Counted from the first letter of the stretch, positions 1-11,383 are shown. The stretch: 64,000 nucleotides of DNA from Planctomycetota bacterium (GCA_038060895.1 JBBTCT010000009.1:368082-432081), one strand, 5' to 3'. Numbers and translations: made by a program. The notes: generated by a model not told the origin, from the letters alone.

Positions 1-582
1 CACCTCGATCAGTTCCTTCGCGAGCTTGCCGAAAATTTCCCGCGCCACGGTCAGCCCGGTCTCATCGAAGCCGCTGACGATCTGCGGCAGGTCCCGGATT
101 TCCCGAAGCGAGTGCCCTTGCGCGACGCGTTCGGGGCAGAACGCGACGTGCACGTCCGGCCCGCTCTCCCGGAACATCCGGTGAATCCGCTCCGAGAGGC
201 CCGGATACACGGTCGATCGGAGGATCAGGGTCTGGCCGGCGCGGAAGTGGGGCCGGAGTTCGTCGATGACGCGGTAGAAGCCGACCACCTGCGGACTCAG
301 GTGCTCATCGACAGGCGTCCCGATCACGCAGATGACGGCCTGTGACTCCCGCACGATCGCCGGATCCGTCGTCATCCCGAGGCGACCCGTCGGGAGCACA
401 CGCCGCAGCATCTCTTCACCGCCCTCCTCGAGGAACGGCATCCGTCCGCCGCGAAGGGCCATGAGCGCCGCTTCGTCCCGGTCGAGGATGTCCACGGCCA
501 TGCCGCAGTCGGCGAGCATCAGCGCCAGCGGCAGCCCGACGTGTCCGGCGCCGCCGACAATGCAGATCCGCTTCACGTCCAT
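1..582 (-). CDS. UDP-glucose/GDP-mannose dehydrogenase family nucleotide-sugar dehydrogenase (partial, runs off window start)
   Basis: Not in the ORF track. Manual translation gives MDVKRICIVGGAGHVGLPLAL (Rossmann motif), VICVIGTP, LILRSTVYPG and FCPERVAQG; GAGGAGG RBS upstream of ATG at 582. Confidence 0.9.
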   Translation of the reverse strand, partial: MDVKRICIVGGAGHVGLPLALMLADCGMAVDILDRDEAALMALRGGRMPFLEEGGEEMLRRVLPTGRLGMTTDPAIVRESQAVICVIGTPVDEHLSPQVVGFYRVIDELRPHFRAGQTLILRSTVYPGLSERIHRMFRESGPDVHVAFCPERVAQGHSLREIRDLPQIVSGFDETGLTVAREIFGKLAKELIEV

Positions 583-618
583 GAGGCCTCCTCGTGACCG
601 AGCATAATCGAGGGGCGA

Positions 619-1410
619 TCAGAACGTAATGAACCGACGGGCGAGAATCGCCGCGGTGAGCAGGGCTGCCAGGACCATGCTCCAGAGGATCAGCGGGACG
701 GCCATGGCCAGCAGGTACCAGTAAAGGTAGCGCGGCAGCCATTTCCAGAGGCGGAAGCGGCTGCTTCCGGCGGACCGGTCCTGCCAGGAGCTTGGGACTT
801 CATCGACTTTGAACCCCTGCCTGTGGGCGCGGGTGGTGAGCTCCAGTGCAACTTCGAAGCCGTGGCGGCTGCGGATGCGCGTGACACGGAGGAATGCGGC
901 ACTGTACGCCCGGAAATTAGTCGTGGCGTCGTGGGTCGGCAGGCGGGCAATCCAGTACAGCGACAACCCGGCGAGTCGGGAAAGCGTCCGCTTCAGGAAA
1001 GGCCCGCCCGTCTGCGAGCCGCCCTTCATGTAGCGGGAGCCCGAGACGACGCCGGCGCCGGCGCGGATCTTCGCGGCCATGGCGGGAATCACTTCGGGCG
1101 GATCGGAAAGATCGGCCATGGAAGTCACGACGACGTCCGCGCCGGCGGCGATCGCTGCGTCGAATCCTGCCTGGATTGCGTGAGCTACGCCGGTGCCGAG
1201 GGTGTTGCGGACGAGGCGGACCGTGGGCGGAGCGTCGGGCATGGAGCGGATGGCGGGAAGCGTCGAGTCGGCGTCGAAGTCGTAGCAGACGAGAAGCAGG
1301 TGAGGGGTGGCGTGCAGGGCTGCGTGGAGGTTCCGCAGGCACGCGGCAATGTTCTCCGCTTCGTTGTAGACGGGCAGCACAACAGCCAGGAGTTGCGCCG
1401 GGTTGCTCAC
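619..1410 (-). CDS. Glycosyltransferase family 2 (DPM1/polyprenol-phosphate sugar synthase-like)
   Basis: C-terminal part of ORF 619..2151 with motifs VVLPVYNE, MADLSDPP, VSGSRY and HDATTNFRAY plus a C-terminal TM helix. GTG at 1410 overlaps the upstream stop (GTGA). Confidence 0.88.
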   Translation of the reverse strand: MSNPAQLLAVVLPVYNEAENIAACLRNLHAALHATPHLLLVCYDFDADSTLPAIRSMPDAPPTVRLVRNTLGTGVAHAIQAGFDAAIAAGADVVVTSMADLSDPPEVIPAMAAKIRAGAGVVSGSRYMKGGSQTGGPFLKRTLSRLAGLSLYWIARLPTHDATTNFRAYSAAFLRVTRIRSRHGFEVALELTTRAHRQGFKVDEVPSSWQDRSAGSSRFRLWKWLPRYLYWYLLAMAVPLILWSMVLAALLTAAILARRFITF

Positions 1411-3257
1411 GGCCAGGTGGTCCGTGCCGTGAACCCGAGGGAGGCGAGCTTGAGGTCGTACCCGAGCGCAACATCCTCGCGCGCGAGCCAGAGGATGAGG
1501 CGATCGCCGTTCACGCGGGTGGCGCGTGGCTTGTAGTGGCGGCGCAGGTAGTCGTTCTCGAAGTACGGCTGCGTCCAGTCGAAGTGTCGGCTCCACCAGA
1601 GCATCGACTCCACGGGCGCGAAGGGATCGAGCTTCATGTACTCGAGGACTTCGGTCGTGGTGTCCAGCCAGATGATCTCCGGGCGCTCGCGTTCCCAGAA
1701 GGCGGGGTCGAGCCGCTTGTCCCATTTGCGCCGCGGCTTGGGATGCCTGGGACCGGTCGCTACGTTGCGGTCCACGAATCCCTGCACGTCGAGCGCTGTG
1801 CCGTCGAAGAAGTAGAACGCGGAAGCAACCTCCAGGCTCGCCATCCGGGTGCCGGGCCTGTCCTGCGTGAGGCGCGAAAAGAACCGGCCCGTCAACGCGT
1901 GGTTGTTCAGCCGCGAAACCGTCATCGCTTCCAGCCCCTGCGACACCAGCCAGGTTGATCGGTCGGGTTTGCGGTGGGTCGCGAGGAGGCCGTCCCATGT
2001 TTCCTGCGTGCCGTATGGCCGGAAACCCGCCCCGATTCCGGCGAGGAGGACGATCGAGGACCCGGCGATCCACCAGCTCTTCCGGATTCCTGCCGGGAAT
2101 TCCTCCCGGCCTGCGATGGCCCGAAGCGCGGATCGAAGGCCGGGGATGCACTGGATAGCCGCGAACAGAACGGCGACGGTGAGGACAATCTGGTAACGGT
2201 TGCCGGGGAAATAGTCGCCGCCTCCCCAGAGAACCAGCGCGAAGTGCACCGTCCCCGGGGCGAGCCAGGGCAGCAGCCCGGTGAAGGCAGATTTCGCCGT
2301 GAACCAGACGCCGCCGAGAATGAGGAGCAGGAATGGCCAGAGCTCGCGCGCGTAATGGAAGACGCTGTCTCCGATCGCCGCCGCGTCAGGATACGAGCCG
2401 GCTTTCATCAGGATGCAGGTCGGCACGAAGTGGCCGTAGGTCATGCGCCAGAGGAGGAGCAGGGCCGCAACGCCGGCGAGGCTGGTCGCGTAAAACGTCG
2501 CGACCCGGCGCCACGGCCGGTCGCCGCTACGGGCCGCCTGGAACACGAGAAGCGCGCCGACGGTGACGGTATAGAAGGAGAAGTCGTATCGGCAGAAGGG
2601 AAGCAGGCCAGTAAGGAGAAACGTCCAGGGCCATCGCGAGGATCGCCAGAGGAGAATCGATGCGATGGTGATGAGCCCGAGCATCGACGCCGACCAGCCG
2701 CTTCCGGCCAGTCGCCCGAAGCACTCGAGGACGGAGGCGAGCAGAGTGGCGAGCCATGCCCAGGCGTGGCTTTGCGTGACGTCGAAAGCGTGGCGATAGA
2801 GAAGGCCGATCGCGGCGGCTCCGCAGGCGGCGCCGAGAAGAAGGGCGCCGAGAGGTGCAGGAATTCCAGCTGCGTGGAGTCCTCCGACCGCGACGTAAAA
2901 CAGCCCGTCGCCGGTGCCGTCCACGTTTCGGTCCGGGTAGAACGAGTAGCGGCCGTGCTCGGCGAGGTTCCGCGACTGTGTCAGGCTCACGAAAACCTCG
3001 TCGGGGACCTGGTGGAATGGGATCGCCATGAAAAACATCGCGAGCGCCTGGAGCATCGCACACGGCAGGACGAGAGACCGAGGAGTTCGGCGCAGCAGTC
3101 GCGGCAGGACGAGGACGGCGAGCGGGAGCAGCACGACGAGCGCGAGCACGACGTACCGAAGCGCGAGCAACAGCGCGACAAAGCCCGGGGGCAGGTAGTC
3201 GGCGCTCAGCCCGTTCATCGAGCCTGCGTGATAGAGGAACTCGCCCTGGGGCTGCAC
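1407..3257 (-). CDS. Polytopic membrane protein, probable GT-C-fold glycosyltransferase
   Basis: About 10 or more hydrophobic helices, acidic PDE motif after the first TM segments, GGDYFPGNRY loop; sits in an operon with GT2. TAAGAT lies 7 nt before the GTG start. Confidence 0.65.
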   Translation of the reverse strand: MQPQGEFLYHAGSMNGLSADYLPPGFVALLLALRYVVLALVVLLPLAVLVLPRLLRRTPRSLVLPCAMLQALAMFFMAIPFHQVPDEVFVSLTQSRNLAEHGRYSFYPDRNVDGTGDGLFYVAVGGLHAAGIPAPLGALLLGAACGAAAIGLLYRHAFDVTQSHAWAWLATLLASVLECFGRLAGSGWSASMLGLITIASILLWRSSRWPWTFLLTGLLPFCRYDFSFYTVTVGALLVFQAARSGDRPWRRVATFYATSLAGVAALLLLWRMTYGHFVPTCILMKAGSYPDAAAIGDSVFHYARELWPFLLLILGGVWFTAKSAFTGLLPWLAPGTVHFALVLWGGGDYFPGNRYQIVLTVAVLFAAIQCIPGLRSALRAIAGREEFPAGIRKSWWIAGSSIVLLAGIGAGFRPYGTQETWDGLLATHRKPDRSTWLVSQGLEAMTVSRLNNHALTGRFFSRLTQDRPGTRMASLEVASAFYFFDGTALDVQGFVDRNVATGPRHPKPRRKWDKRLDPAFWERERPEIIWLDTTTEVLEYMKLDPFAPVESMLWWSRHFDWTQPYFENDYLRRHYKPRATRVNGDRLILWLAREDVALGYDLKLASLGFTARTTWP

Positions 3258-3353
3258 GTCCCGGATCTTAAGCTGCGCTTCCGTGTTTCCCTGACAAATC
3301 TCCGGAAGCGGCCGGACCTTCTCAATCGCGCGGAATGCGATAGCGTAGCGTCC

Positions 3354-5057
3354 ATGCCGACTCTCGGTCCCGGCGTCTTCCAGACCTGGTTCGACACGCT
3401 GAAGCAGATCGAGGTCGGCGCGATTCTCTCCTTCGCTGCTGCCGGCGCTGCCGTGCCCGCCCGGCTGGCGCTTCGCCTGGCGCGCGCGTTCGCCTGTGCG
3501 CTGGGCGCCATCGCCGACCGGCCGGTGCTGGCGATCGGCCTGCCCGGGCTGCTGTCATTCGCCGGCGCAGCGCTCGCCGGGCTGCTGCTGCGCTACCCGG
3601 AGCCTGAAATCCACGACGAGTGGAGCTACCTGCTGCAGGCGGACACATTCGCGCAGGGGCGCCTCACGAACCCCCCGCACCCGATGTGGAAACACTTCGA
3701 GTCCTTCCACATCAACCAGCAGCCCACCTACCAGTCCAAGTATCCGCCTGCGCAGGGAATGTTCCTCGCGCTCGGCCAGCGCGCGACCGGCGACCCGATC
3801 GTCGGCGTCTGGCTCGCAACGGCGCTCGCCATGTCTGCGTTCGCGTGGATGTTCCGGGGCTGGCTGCCGCCGAAATGGGCCGCCTGGGGCTCCCTCATCG
3901 TGCTGCTGCGAGTGGGGATGACGAGTTACTGGGCACAGGCCTACTGGGGCGGCGCGGTCGCCGCCCTCGGAGGGGCGCTCGTCTACGGCGCGTATCCCCG
4001 GTTGCGAAGCGGCCCCCGGGTCCGCGACGCGCTCTGGCTCGCGGCCGGTCTCGTCATCCTGTCGAACTCGCGGCCCTTCGAGGGAGTCGTCGTTTCGCTT
4101 CCGGTCGCGATCGGTCTTGCCTGGCACTTTGTCCGCGGCCGCTCACTTCCCAAATCCGCGTGGCTCATCCGCGTCGCGGCGCCCGTGGCGCTCGTCCTTG
4201 CGGCCGACGCCGCCTGGATCATGACGTACAACAAGGCGGTGACCGGAAGCGCCACGACGATGCCGTACTTCGTCCACGCGAAGACATATGCGCGGATTTC
4301 GCAGTGGATTTTCGGGAAGCGGAACGAACCGCAGCCGTACCGCCATGAAGTCATGCGGCAGTACTACGAAGAGGAAGAGCTGCCGTACTACGAGCGGCAG
4401 CAGCATGCTTCGGTCCTGCTTGTCGAGATTCCGTGGAAGATCGTCCGGGCCGCTGACATTCCGTACTCGGGCCTGATGATTCTGCCGCTGGCCTTCGCCG
4501 TCGGCGTCTGGCGGCGTCGACGGACCCGGATCGCGATCGCGGGATTCAGCGCCGCACTTGCCGCGGGCTCCACGCTCACCGTGTTCCTGTCCCACTACGG
4601 AGCGCCCGCAACGGCGTGCGGTTTTCTCCTGGTCATGCAGGGCCTGCGCCACCTCAATGCCCTCAGGCTGCGAGGCCGGCCCTCCGGGCGCTTCGCGGCC
4701 CTCGGCGTCACGGTCATGGTCGCCGGCATGTGCGTCTACCTGCTCTGGCTTCACTCCGTCATCGGGATCTGGGGCCAGGCCCGCGCCCACGTGCAGCAGC
4801 AGTTCGAGCAACTCCCCGGCGACCACCTCGTCGTCGTGCGCTACGCACCGCCGCCGCTTCACCTCTGCCACATGGAGTGGGTCTACAACCGCGCCGACAT
4901 CGACGGCGCCCGCGTCGTATGGGCGCGGGACATGGGAGTTGAAGCGAACCGCGAGCTGATCGGGTATTTTCTTGCCCGGGGCCGGATAATCTGGCTCATG
5001 GAGGTCCGGGACGACGCAGAACTACCCGAGCCGAGGCCCTATCCCGGACTGAAGTAA
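3354..5057 (+). CDS. Polytopic membrane protein, probable GT-C-fold glycosyltransferase
   Basis: C-terminal 567 aa of ORF 1974..5057. [18 protein letters not shown] (DE motif), SKYPP and SRPFEG, many TM helices, [10 protein letters not shown] tail. Confidence 0.7.
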   Translation: MPTLGPGVFQTWFDTLKQIEVGAILSFAAAGAAVPARLALRLARAFACALGAIADRPVLAIGLPGLLSFAGAALAGLLLRYPEPEIHDEWSYLLQADTFAQGRLTNPPHPMWKHFESFHINQQPTYQSKYPPAQGMFLALGQRATGDPIVGVWLATALAMSAFAWMFRGWLPPKWAAWGSLIVLLRVGMTSYWAQAYWGGAVAALGGALVYGAYPRLRSGPRVRDALWLAAGLVILSNSRPFEGVVVSLPVAIGLAWHFVRGRSLPKSAWLIRVAAPVALVLAADAAWIMTYNKAVTGSATTMPYFVHAKTYARISQWIFGKRNEPQPYRHEVMRQYYEEEELPYYERQQHASVLLVEIPWKIVRAADIPYSGLMILPLAFAVGVWRRRRTRIAIAGFSAALAAGSTLTVFLSHYGAPATACGFLLVMQGLRHLNALRLRGRPSGRFAALGVTVMVAGMCVYLLWLHSVIGIWGQARAHVQQQFEQLPGDHLVVVRYAPPPLHLCHMEWVYNRADIDGARVVWARDMGVEANRELIGYFLARGRIIWLMEVRDDAELPEPRPYPGLK

Positions 5058-5083
5058 TCCGATCCATTCCAAAGGAGAAGCGC

Positions 5084-5827
5084 ATGCCTGTCCTTTCAGG
5101 AAAGACGGCCATCGTCACGGGAGCCTCGCGCGGAATCGGGCGCGACATCGCCCTCAAGCTCGCTGAGGAGGGAGCTGCCGTGCTCTGCGTCGCAACGAAC
5201 GAAGCGCTTCTCCGCGACACGGTCACTGCGATCGAGTCCAAAGGCGGCAAGGGGGCCCATGCGATCGCCGATGTATCCAAAGTGGCCGAGGCGGAATCGG
5301 TCATCGAGAAGATCATGAAGGACTGGGGGAAGCTCGACATCCTCGTCAACAATGCCGGCATCACGCGAGACAACCTTCTGATGCGGATGAAGGACGAAGA
5401 GTGGGACCGCGTGATCGAGGTGAATCTCAAGGGGGCGTTCAACCTGATCCGCGCCGCGACGCGCCCGATGATGAAGGCTCGCGCGGGGAAGATCGTGAAC
5501 ATCTCCAGCGTGGTCGGACTCATCGGGAACCCGGGGCAGGTGAACTACGCCGCCTCGAAGGGCGGCATGATTGCGATGACGAAGTCGGTCGCGCGCGAAC
5601 TGGGCAGCCGTGGCATCACAGCAAACACAGTCTGTCCCGGATTCATCGAGACGGAGATGACCGGAAAACTCACCGAAGACCAGAAGAAGGCGCTCTTCGC
5701 AAACATTGCGCTCGGCCGGTTCGGCAAGACATCCGACGTCGCTGGTGTCGTCGCCTTCCTCGCGAGCGCGGCGGCCGACTACATCACCGGACAGGACATC
5801 GTCGTGGATGGCGGAATGACCATGTAG
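5084..5827 (+). CDS. fabG: 3-oxoacyl-ACP reductase
   Basis: TGASRGIG, NNAGITRDNLLMRM, YAASK, PGFIETEMT; AAGGAG RBS. Confidence 0.95.
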   Translation: MPVLSGKTAIVTGASRGIGRDIALKLAEEGAAVLCVATNEALLRDTVTAIESKGGKGAHAIADVSKVAEAESVIEKIMKDWGKLDILVNNAGITRDNLLMRMKDEEWDRVIEVNLKGAFNLIRAATRPMMKARAGKIVNISSVVGLIGNPGQVNYAASKGGMIAMTKSVARELGSRGITANTVCPGFIETEMTGKLTEDQKKALFANIALGRFGKTSDVAGVVAFLASAAADYITGQDIVVDGGMTM

Positions 5828-5861
5828 TTTCGACCGGTCTTCAAATCCTGGAGATTGCCGC

Positions 5862-7376
5862 ATGCGCCCCCTGCTGCCCGTCGCCCTGCTTTCCCTTTTC
5901 GCCGTCTCCGCTTCAGCCGGATTCAAGGACGGCGTGTACACCTCGGCCGAGCACGGGACGCGCTTCAAACTCCCCAAGGACTGGAAACTCGAGGAGACGA
6001 AGTCGGAGGACGGCAAGGTCGCGAAGCTCCAGAGCGCTGACAGGAAAACGGACGGAGTTTTCCGGCATGTGAAGGAGGGGATGGGGGCTTCGAAGCATGC
6101 AAAGTGGCGGTCGAAGGAGTGGGAGAAAAAGGGCGCTGCGGTGACGTGGGACAGCGAGGAGAAACCGGAGGGGCGGGAAGGGGACTGGCTGAAGGTCGTT
6201 CTGGACATGGAGGCGGGGCCGGACGAGTACAAGTCGGTTCATCTCTTCTTTTCGAAGGGAACGGACGACTTCGAATTTGCGCTGATGACCCGGGTCGAGG
6301 GGTGGGGCGACGCAGAGAAGGTGATCAACGAAATCCTCGCTTCGCTGGAATTCGGGGAATTCAAGGAGGATGCCGGAGAAGCGCCGGCAGGAGGAGCGGC
6401 ACAGGCGGGAATGGGGCTGATGTGGGCGGACGCGGCGCGCGGCATCGCGGTGCGCGGGGCGGCAGGGTGGAAGTACCGCACGGAGGACTTCCGCATCCAC
6501 GATCCCAACGAAATCGTGGAGTGGGAGACCGGCGACGAGGAAGTTCTGGTCTGCCTGTCGGAAATCGCGAACGACGGGGCGCTGGACGCGAAGACGTGGG
6601 CGGATCTGACGGTGAAAGCGCTTGGAAATTCCTTCAAGAACCAGAAGCTCGTCGAGGCCGTTTCTCCGGCCGGAACCGAACGCCGCGACTTCACCGCGGA
6701 GAGCGAAGGCCGCCCGGTTCGATTCGCTTACCTTTTCTTCACCCGCCACGACAAGTCCTACTACCTGCAGGTCATGGCGATGGGGGAGACCTGGGACAAG
6801 TCGAAGGACCTCGTGGAGGGAATGTTCGCGAGCCTCGCTCTGGGCGACGTGGCGGCCCAGGTGGAAGAGATGAAGTCGCAGCCGGCCGCGGGAGCCGGAA
6901 CGACGGACGGGAAAGGAAACGGCGCGGAAACGGCGGAGGGCGGCAAGGAAGTCCTGCTGCCGAATCCGTGGGAAGGATGTGGTAAGGGCTCATGGTCGAA
7001 ATACAACCTGGTCTCCGAAGCGTCGGGGACGAAGACGGAGATGGAGATGACCACGACGCTCGTGGACTTCGACGCCGAGACCTACACCGTCAAGACGGAC
7101 ATGGTCATGGGCGGCAATGCCATTCCCGGACAGGAGCAGAAAGTCAACCGGCGCCAGAAAGTGGCCGGCGATGAAGCGACGAAGCCGGAAGAGGGCGACG
7201 AGAAGATCACGGTGCCGAAAGGAGAGTTTTCCTGCCACTGGACCCGGACAAAATCGGCCCAGGGATGGTCGCAGGCGTGGACCTGCAGCGATGTTCCCGG
7301 GCAGACCGTCAAGGCGGTCTCTGAGTACGGAGGTTCCAGGAGCGTCATGGAGCTGGTCGAATTCCAAAAGAAGTGA
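5862..7376 (+). CDS. Exported protein with two PsbP/Mog1-like domains and a C-terminal beta-rich domain
   Basis: Signal peptide. Two repeats of an F.LP..W ... F..ILASL-type module, an Ala/Gly linker, then an NPW..C.KGSW.KY domain. Confidence 0.5.
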   Translation: MRPLLPVALLSLFAVSASAGFKDGVYTSAEHGTRFKLPKDWKLEETKSEDGKVAKLQSADRKTDGVFRHVKEGMGASKHAKWRSKEWEKKGAAVTWDSEEKPEGREGDWLKVVLDMEAGPDEYKSVHLFFSKGTDDFEFALMTRVEGWGDAEKVINEILASLEFGEFKEDAGEAPAGGAAQAGMGLMWADAARGIAVRGAAGWKYRTEDFRIHDPNEIVEWETGDEEVLVCLSEIANDGALDAKTWADLTVKALGNSFKNQKLVEAVSPAGTERRDFTAESEGRPVRFAYLFFTRHDKSYYLQVMAMGETWDKSKDLVEGMFASLALGDVAAQVEEMKSQPAAGAGTTDGKGNGAETAEGGKEVLLPNPWEGCGKGSWSKYNLVSEASGTKTEMEMTTTLVDFDAETYTVKTDMVMGGNAIPGQEQKVNRRQKVAGDEATKPEEGDEKITVPKGEFSCHWTRTKSAQGWSQAWTCSDVPGQTVKAVSEYGGSRSVMELVEFQKK

Positions 7377-7444
7377 GGGCGCCGGTGGGGCAGTCCTGCC
7401 TTTTTCTGTCCGGCCCTCGTGGGCGCCGCTAGACTTCTTTCCCC

Positions 7445-9058
7445 ATGTCACGCGGCAAGAGCAAGTCGAATGCGGCTGCGAAAGCGGCCTCCGCGCCCCC
7501 GCCGCCCGCTTCCGCGGCCAGTCCGCTCCAGCGCCTTGAGGAAATGAAGAAGCGTGCGCTTCTGGGCGGAGGCGTCGAGCGGATCGAAAAGCAGCATGCA
7601 GCGGGGAAGCTGACCGCCCGGGAGCGCGTGGACCTGCTGCTGGACGAAGGGACGTTCGACGAGTTCGGGATGTTCGTCACGCACAACTGCGACGCGTTCG
7701 GGATGGGAAAGCAGAGAGTGCCGGGGGATGGCGTGGTGACGGGAGTCGGGAAAGTGGACGGGCGGCCCGTGGCCGTGTTCTCGCAAGACTTCACGGTGTT
7801 CGGCGGTTCGCTCGGGCTCGCCCATGCGGGCAAGATTTGCCGTCTGATGGATCTGGCGCTGAAGGTCGGGATGCCGGTCATCGGACTGAACGACTCGGGA
7901 GGGGCGCGCATCCAGGAAGGCGTCGAGTCGCTCGGGGGATATGCCGACATTTTCCTGCGCAACACGCTGGCGTCCGGCGTGGTCCCTCAGATCAGCGCCA
8001 TCATGGGTCCCTGCGCCGGCGGAGCCGTGTATTCCCCCGCGATCACGGATTTCACGTTCATGGTCGAGGGTACGAGCTACATGTTCGTCACCGGGCCGAA
8101 CGTGATCCGGACCGTGACGCATGAGGAAGTCACCAGCGAAACGCTGGGCGGCGCCGCAGTGCACAACGAGACTTCCGGAGTCGCACACTTCCAGTCACGC
8201 AACGAAGCGGAGTGCCTCCAGTCGATCCGGAAGCTGCTCTCGTACCTGCCCGGGAACAATCTAGACGAAGCCCCGTCCGTCGTTTGCGACGTTCCTCCGG
8301 ACCGGCGTGATCCGAAACTGAACTCAGTCATTCCCGCCGATCCGAAGAAACCCTACGACATGAAAGACGTCATCGGCGCCGTTGTCGATCCCGGCACGTT
8401 TTTCGAGGTCGCCGCGAGATTCGCCCAGAACATCATCGTCGGCTTCGCCCGATTCCACGGCCGCGTCGCCGGGATCGTCGCCCAGCAACCCGCAGTTCTC
8501 GCGGGGTGCCTCGACATCAACTCCTCGATCAAGGGCGCACGCTTCGTCCGCTTCTGCGACGCATTCAACATTCCCCTCGTCACCTTCGAGGACGTGCCCG
8601 GATTCCTGCCGGGCGTGACGCAGGAGCACGGTGGGATCATCCGTAACGGCGCCAAGCTCCTGTACGCCTACTGCGAAGCGACGGTGCCGAAGATCACGGT
8701 CATCACGCGCAAGGCCTACGGTGGGGCGTACGACGTGATGTCATCGAAACACGTCCGAGGCGACGTCAACATCGCCTGGCCGGGCGCCGAGATCGCCGTC
8801 ATGGGCGCGGAGGGCGCCGTGAATATCCTCTTCAAGAGGGAGATCGAGGCAGCTTCCAACCCGGCGGCGGAGCGGGCGAAGCTGGTTGCGGAGTACCGGG
8901 AACGGTTTGCGAATCCCTACATTGCCGCAGGAAAAGGGTACGTAGACAAGGTGATCGAGCCCGCCGATACGCGGCGGGAGATCTGCCGCGCGATGGAGAT
9001 GCTGCGCGGGAAGCGGGAGAGCGTGCCGGCGAAGAAGCACGGGAACATTCCCCTGTGA
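7445..9058 (+). CDS. pccB: Acyl-CoA (propionyl-CoA) carboxylase carboxyltransferase beta subunit
   Basis: [54 protein letters not shown]. Confidence 0.93.
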   Translation: MSRGKSKSNAAAKAASAPPPPASAASPLQRLEEMKKRALLGGGVERIEKQHAAGKLTARERVDLLLDEGTFDEFGMFVTHNCDAFGMGKQRVPGDGVVTGVGKVDGRPVAVFSQDFTVFGGSLGLAHAGKICRLMDLALKVGMPVIGLNDSGGARIQEGVESLGGYADIFLRNTLASGVVPQISAIMGPCAGGAVYSPAITDFTFMVEGTSYMFVTGPNVIRTVTHEEVTSETLGGAAVHNETSGVAHFQSRNEAECLQSIRKLLSYLPGNNLDEAPSVVCDVPPDRRDPKLNSVIPADPKKPYDMKDVIGAVVDPGTFFEVAARFAQNIIVGFARFHGRVAGIVAQQPAVLAGCLDINSSIKGARFVRFCDAFNIPLVTFEDVPGFLPGVTQEHGGIIRNGAKLLYAYCEATVPKITVITRKAYGGAYDVMSSKHVRGDVNIAWPGAEIAVMGAEGAVNILFKREIEAASNPAAERAKLVAEYRERFANPYIAAGKGYVDKVIEPADTRREICRAMEMLRGKRESVPAKKHGNIPL

Positions 9059-10572
9059 AGTCGCGCGGGATCCGGAAGCTGCTGGTGGCGAACCGCGGGG
9101 AAATCGCGGTGAGGGTGATGCGCAGCGCGCGGGAGATGGGGATCCGGACGGTGGCGGTCTACTCCGACGCCGACGAATCCGCGCCGCACGTACAGGCGGC
9201 GGACGAGGCGTACCGGCTCGGGGCCGCGCCGGCGAAGGAGAGCTACCTTCGCGGCGACCGGATCCTGGAAGTAGCGAGAAAATCCGGGGCTGACGCGATC
9301 CACCCGGGCTACGGTTTCCTCTCGGAAAACGCCATTTTCGCAAAGCAATGTGCGGACGCCGCCGTGATTTTTGTCGGCCCCTCGCCTCAGTCCATCGACG
9401 CGATCGGCAACAAAGTCCATGCGCGGCAGGCCGCGAAGAAGGCGGGTGTGCCGACCGTGCCAGGGCTGGACCGCGCGGTGAAGGAGGGAGAGGACATCTC
9501 CGGTCTTGCGACGAAAATAGGGTTTCCAGTCCTGATCAAGGCGGCGGCCGGCGGCGGAGGGCGGGGGATGCGCGTTGTCCGTGAACCCGGCGAACTCTCG
9601 CGGAACATTCGCGAAGCGAGGGGCGAAGCGGCCGCTTCATTCGGCGACGGAAGCGTTTTCATCGAGCGCTACGTCGAGAAGCCGAGGCACATCGAGATTC
9701 AGGTGTTCGGGGACACGCGCGGCAACATGGTGCACCTGAACGAGCGTGAATGTTCGATCCAGCGGAGGCACCAGAAACTCGTCGAGGAAGCCCCGAGTCC
9801 GGCGGTCGACGCGAAACTGCGCGCGAAGATGGGGGAGACGGCGGTCCGCCTGGCGAAGGCCGTCAAATATCACGGGGCGGGAACGATGGAATTCCTGCTC
9901 GACCGCAGCGGGAGTTTCTATTTCCTTGAGATGAACACCCGGCTCCAGGTCGAGCACACCGTGACCGAAATGACCACCGGCACCGACCTCGTGAAAGCCC
10001 AGCTCGCGGTGGCCGAGGGCGCTGCCCTCCCCTGGAAACAGGAGGAACTTGCGCCACGCGGACACGCCATCGAGGCCCGCATCACCGCCGAGGATCCCTT
10101 TTCAAATTTCTCCCCGCAGGCGGGACCGATACTCGGCCTCGCCGTCCCGGGCGGGCCGCATACCCGTTGGGACTCCGGGATCCGCGAGGGCGGCGCAATT
10201 TCGATGTTTTACGATTCCATGATCGCCAAACTCGTCTGCTGGGGCAGCGACCGCCACGAAGCGATCGAAAGGCTTCGGCGCGCCCTGGCCGAACTGGTCA
10301 TCGCAGGGGTCCCGACCCTCGTCCCTTTCCACCTCCACCTTCTCGCGGACAAGCGCTTCCGCAAGGGCGACTTCCACACGGGGTTCGTCGAGCAGGAATT
10401 CTCGATGGAAGGACTCGACCGGCCGCACCTTTCGGAAGCGGCCGCGATTGCCGCGGCGCTGGAGTATCGGCGGAGACGCCAGGAATCTCCCGAGGGCAAC
10501 GGGAGTTCCGGATGCGGGTCCGAGACGCGGGCCTGGAAGCAGAGCGCCTTGCGCGAGGGACTCCGCCGATGA
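9055..10572 (+). CDS. accC: Biotin carboxylase subunit of acyl-CoA carboxylase
   Basis: [56 protein letters not shown]. Confidence 0.93.
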   Translation: MKSRGIRKLLVANRGEIAVRVMRSAREMGIRTVAVYSDADESAPHVQAADEAYRLGAAPAKESYLRGDRILEVARKSGADAIHPGYGFLSENAIFAKQCADAAVIFVGPSPQSIDAIGNKVHARQAAKKAGVPTVPGLDRAVKEGEDISGLATKIGFPVLIKAAAGGGGRGMRVVREPGELSRNIREARGEAAASFGDGSVFIERYVEKPRHIEIQVFGDTRGNMVHLNERECSIQRRHQKLVEEAPSPAVDAKLRAKMGETAVRLAKAVKYHGAGTMEFLLDRSGSFYFLEMNTRLQVEHTVTEMTTGTDLVKAQLAVAEGAALPWKQEELAPRGHAIEARITAEDPFSNFSPQAGPILGLAVPGGPHTRWDSGIREGGAISMFYDSMIAKLVCWGSDRHEAIERLRRALAELVIAGVPTLVPFHLHLLADKRFRKGDFHTGFVEQEFSMEGLDRPHLSEAAAIAAALEYRRRRQESPEGNGSSGCGSETRAWKQSALREGLRR

Positions 10573-11075
10573 GATTTGCCCTCCGGCATGGCGAAGACCG
10601 GTTCGAGATCTCCGTTGAGGAAGAAGCGGGCGGCTATTGCGTGTCTGACGGAAAGTCGACCTGGCACATCCGCTTCGACGACCGTCGCGGAGCCGTGCGC
10701 GGCGTCGTAGTCGACGACGCAAGGCACACGGTCGGGGTGGCCCGGAAGGGAGAGACGTGGGACGTCGTGCTTGAAGGAATCAACTACGAGTTCCTGACGC
10801 GAGACGCGCGATTTGAAAAACTCCTCGAACTCCAGCAGGCGCGCAGCGGGGTCGCTTCCGGCCGCGCCGAGATAAGAGCGCCGATTCCGGGGCTGGTGAC
10901 GAATCTGCTGAAGGCCGAGGGCGACGAAGTCCAGGAAGGCGAGCCTGTGCTGGTGCTCGCGGCCATGAAGCTGGAGAACGAGATCCGCGCGCCGCGAGGG
11001 GGAAAGATCGTGGAGATCCGCACGAAAGCCGGCGCGGCGGTGGAAAAGGGCGAGCTTCTGGCGGTGATCGAGTGA
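10569..11075 (+). CDS. Biotin carboxyl carrier protein (biotin/lipoyl attachment domain)
   Basis: ATG overlaps the accC stop (ATGA). IRAPIPGLV, AMKLENEI (biotinylated Lys), VEKGELL. Confidence 0.9.
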   Translation: MRFALRHGEDRFEISVEEEAGGYCVSDGKSTWHIRFDDRRGAVRGVVVDDARHTVGVARKGETWDVVLEGINYEFLTRDARFEKLLELQQARSGVASGRAEIRAPIPGLVTNLLKAEGDEVQEGEPVLVLAAMKLENEIRAPRGGKIVEIRTKAGAAVEKGELLAVIE

Positions 11076-11383
11076 AACGAAGCGAGGAGCGAGGGAAGCG
11101 GCCGCCCGGCGCGGCGCGGAAGGCGGCGGACTTCGTTCCCGGGACAAGCCGGCCGAAGCGGAACGTGGCGGAGACGGAAATTGAGAAGGCGCTATTCGGC
11201 GGCGGCAGAACCATCGAACTGTACGCGGTGCTCCCGTCGGGGCTCGCGTTGCGACGGACGGCAGAAGGTCTGTGGGTCGCCGCGGTCGCGAGCGACAAGG
11301 ACTTGTCGCGCGCCGTGTCGAGGTACCTGCGGCAACGCGGGGTGCGCGTGTTGACCCCGGCGGAAGCGCTCGCCGGGCGCTGA
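11072..11383 (+). CDS. Hypothetical protein
   Basis: GTGA overlap with the preceding stop; fills the gap in the operon. No recognised motif. Confidence 0.5.
   Translation: MKRSEERGKRPPGAARKAADFVPGTSRPKRNVAETEIEKALFGGGRTIELYAVLPSGLALRRTAEGLWVAAVASDKDLSRAVSRYLRQRGVRVLTPAEALAGR

Noticed and set aside
1411-2151. N-terminal extension of the 510-aa GT2 ORF
   Set aside because: Overlaps the upstream gene in another frame and is Arg/Pro-rich nonsense; GT2 homology starts at GTG 1410.
1974-3353. N-terminal 460 aa of the 1027-aa plus-strand ORF
   Set aside because: Antisense shadow of the membrane-protein gene 1407..3257; the real start is most likely ATG 3354.
7389-7405. Possible terminator after the 5862..7376 gene
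   Set aside because: The stem is only 4-5 bp; too weak to call.
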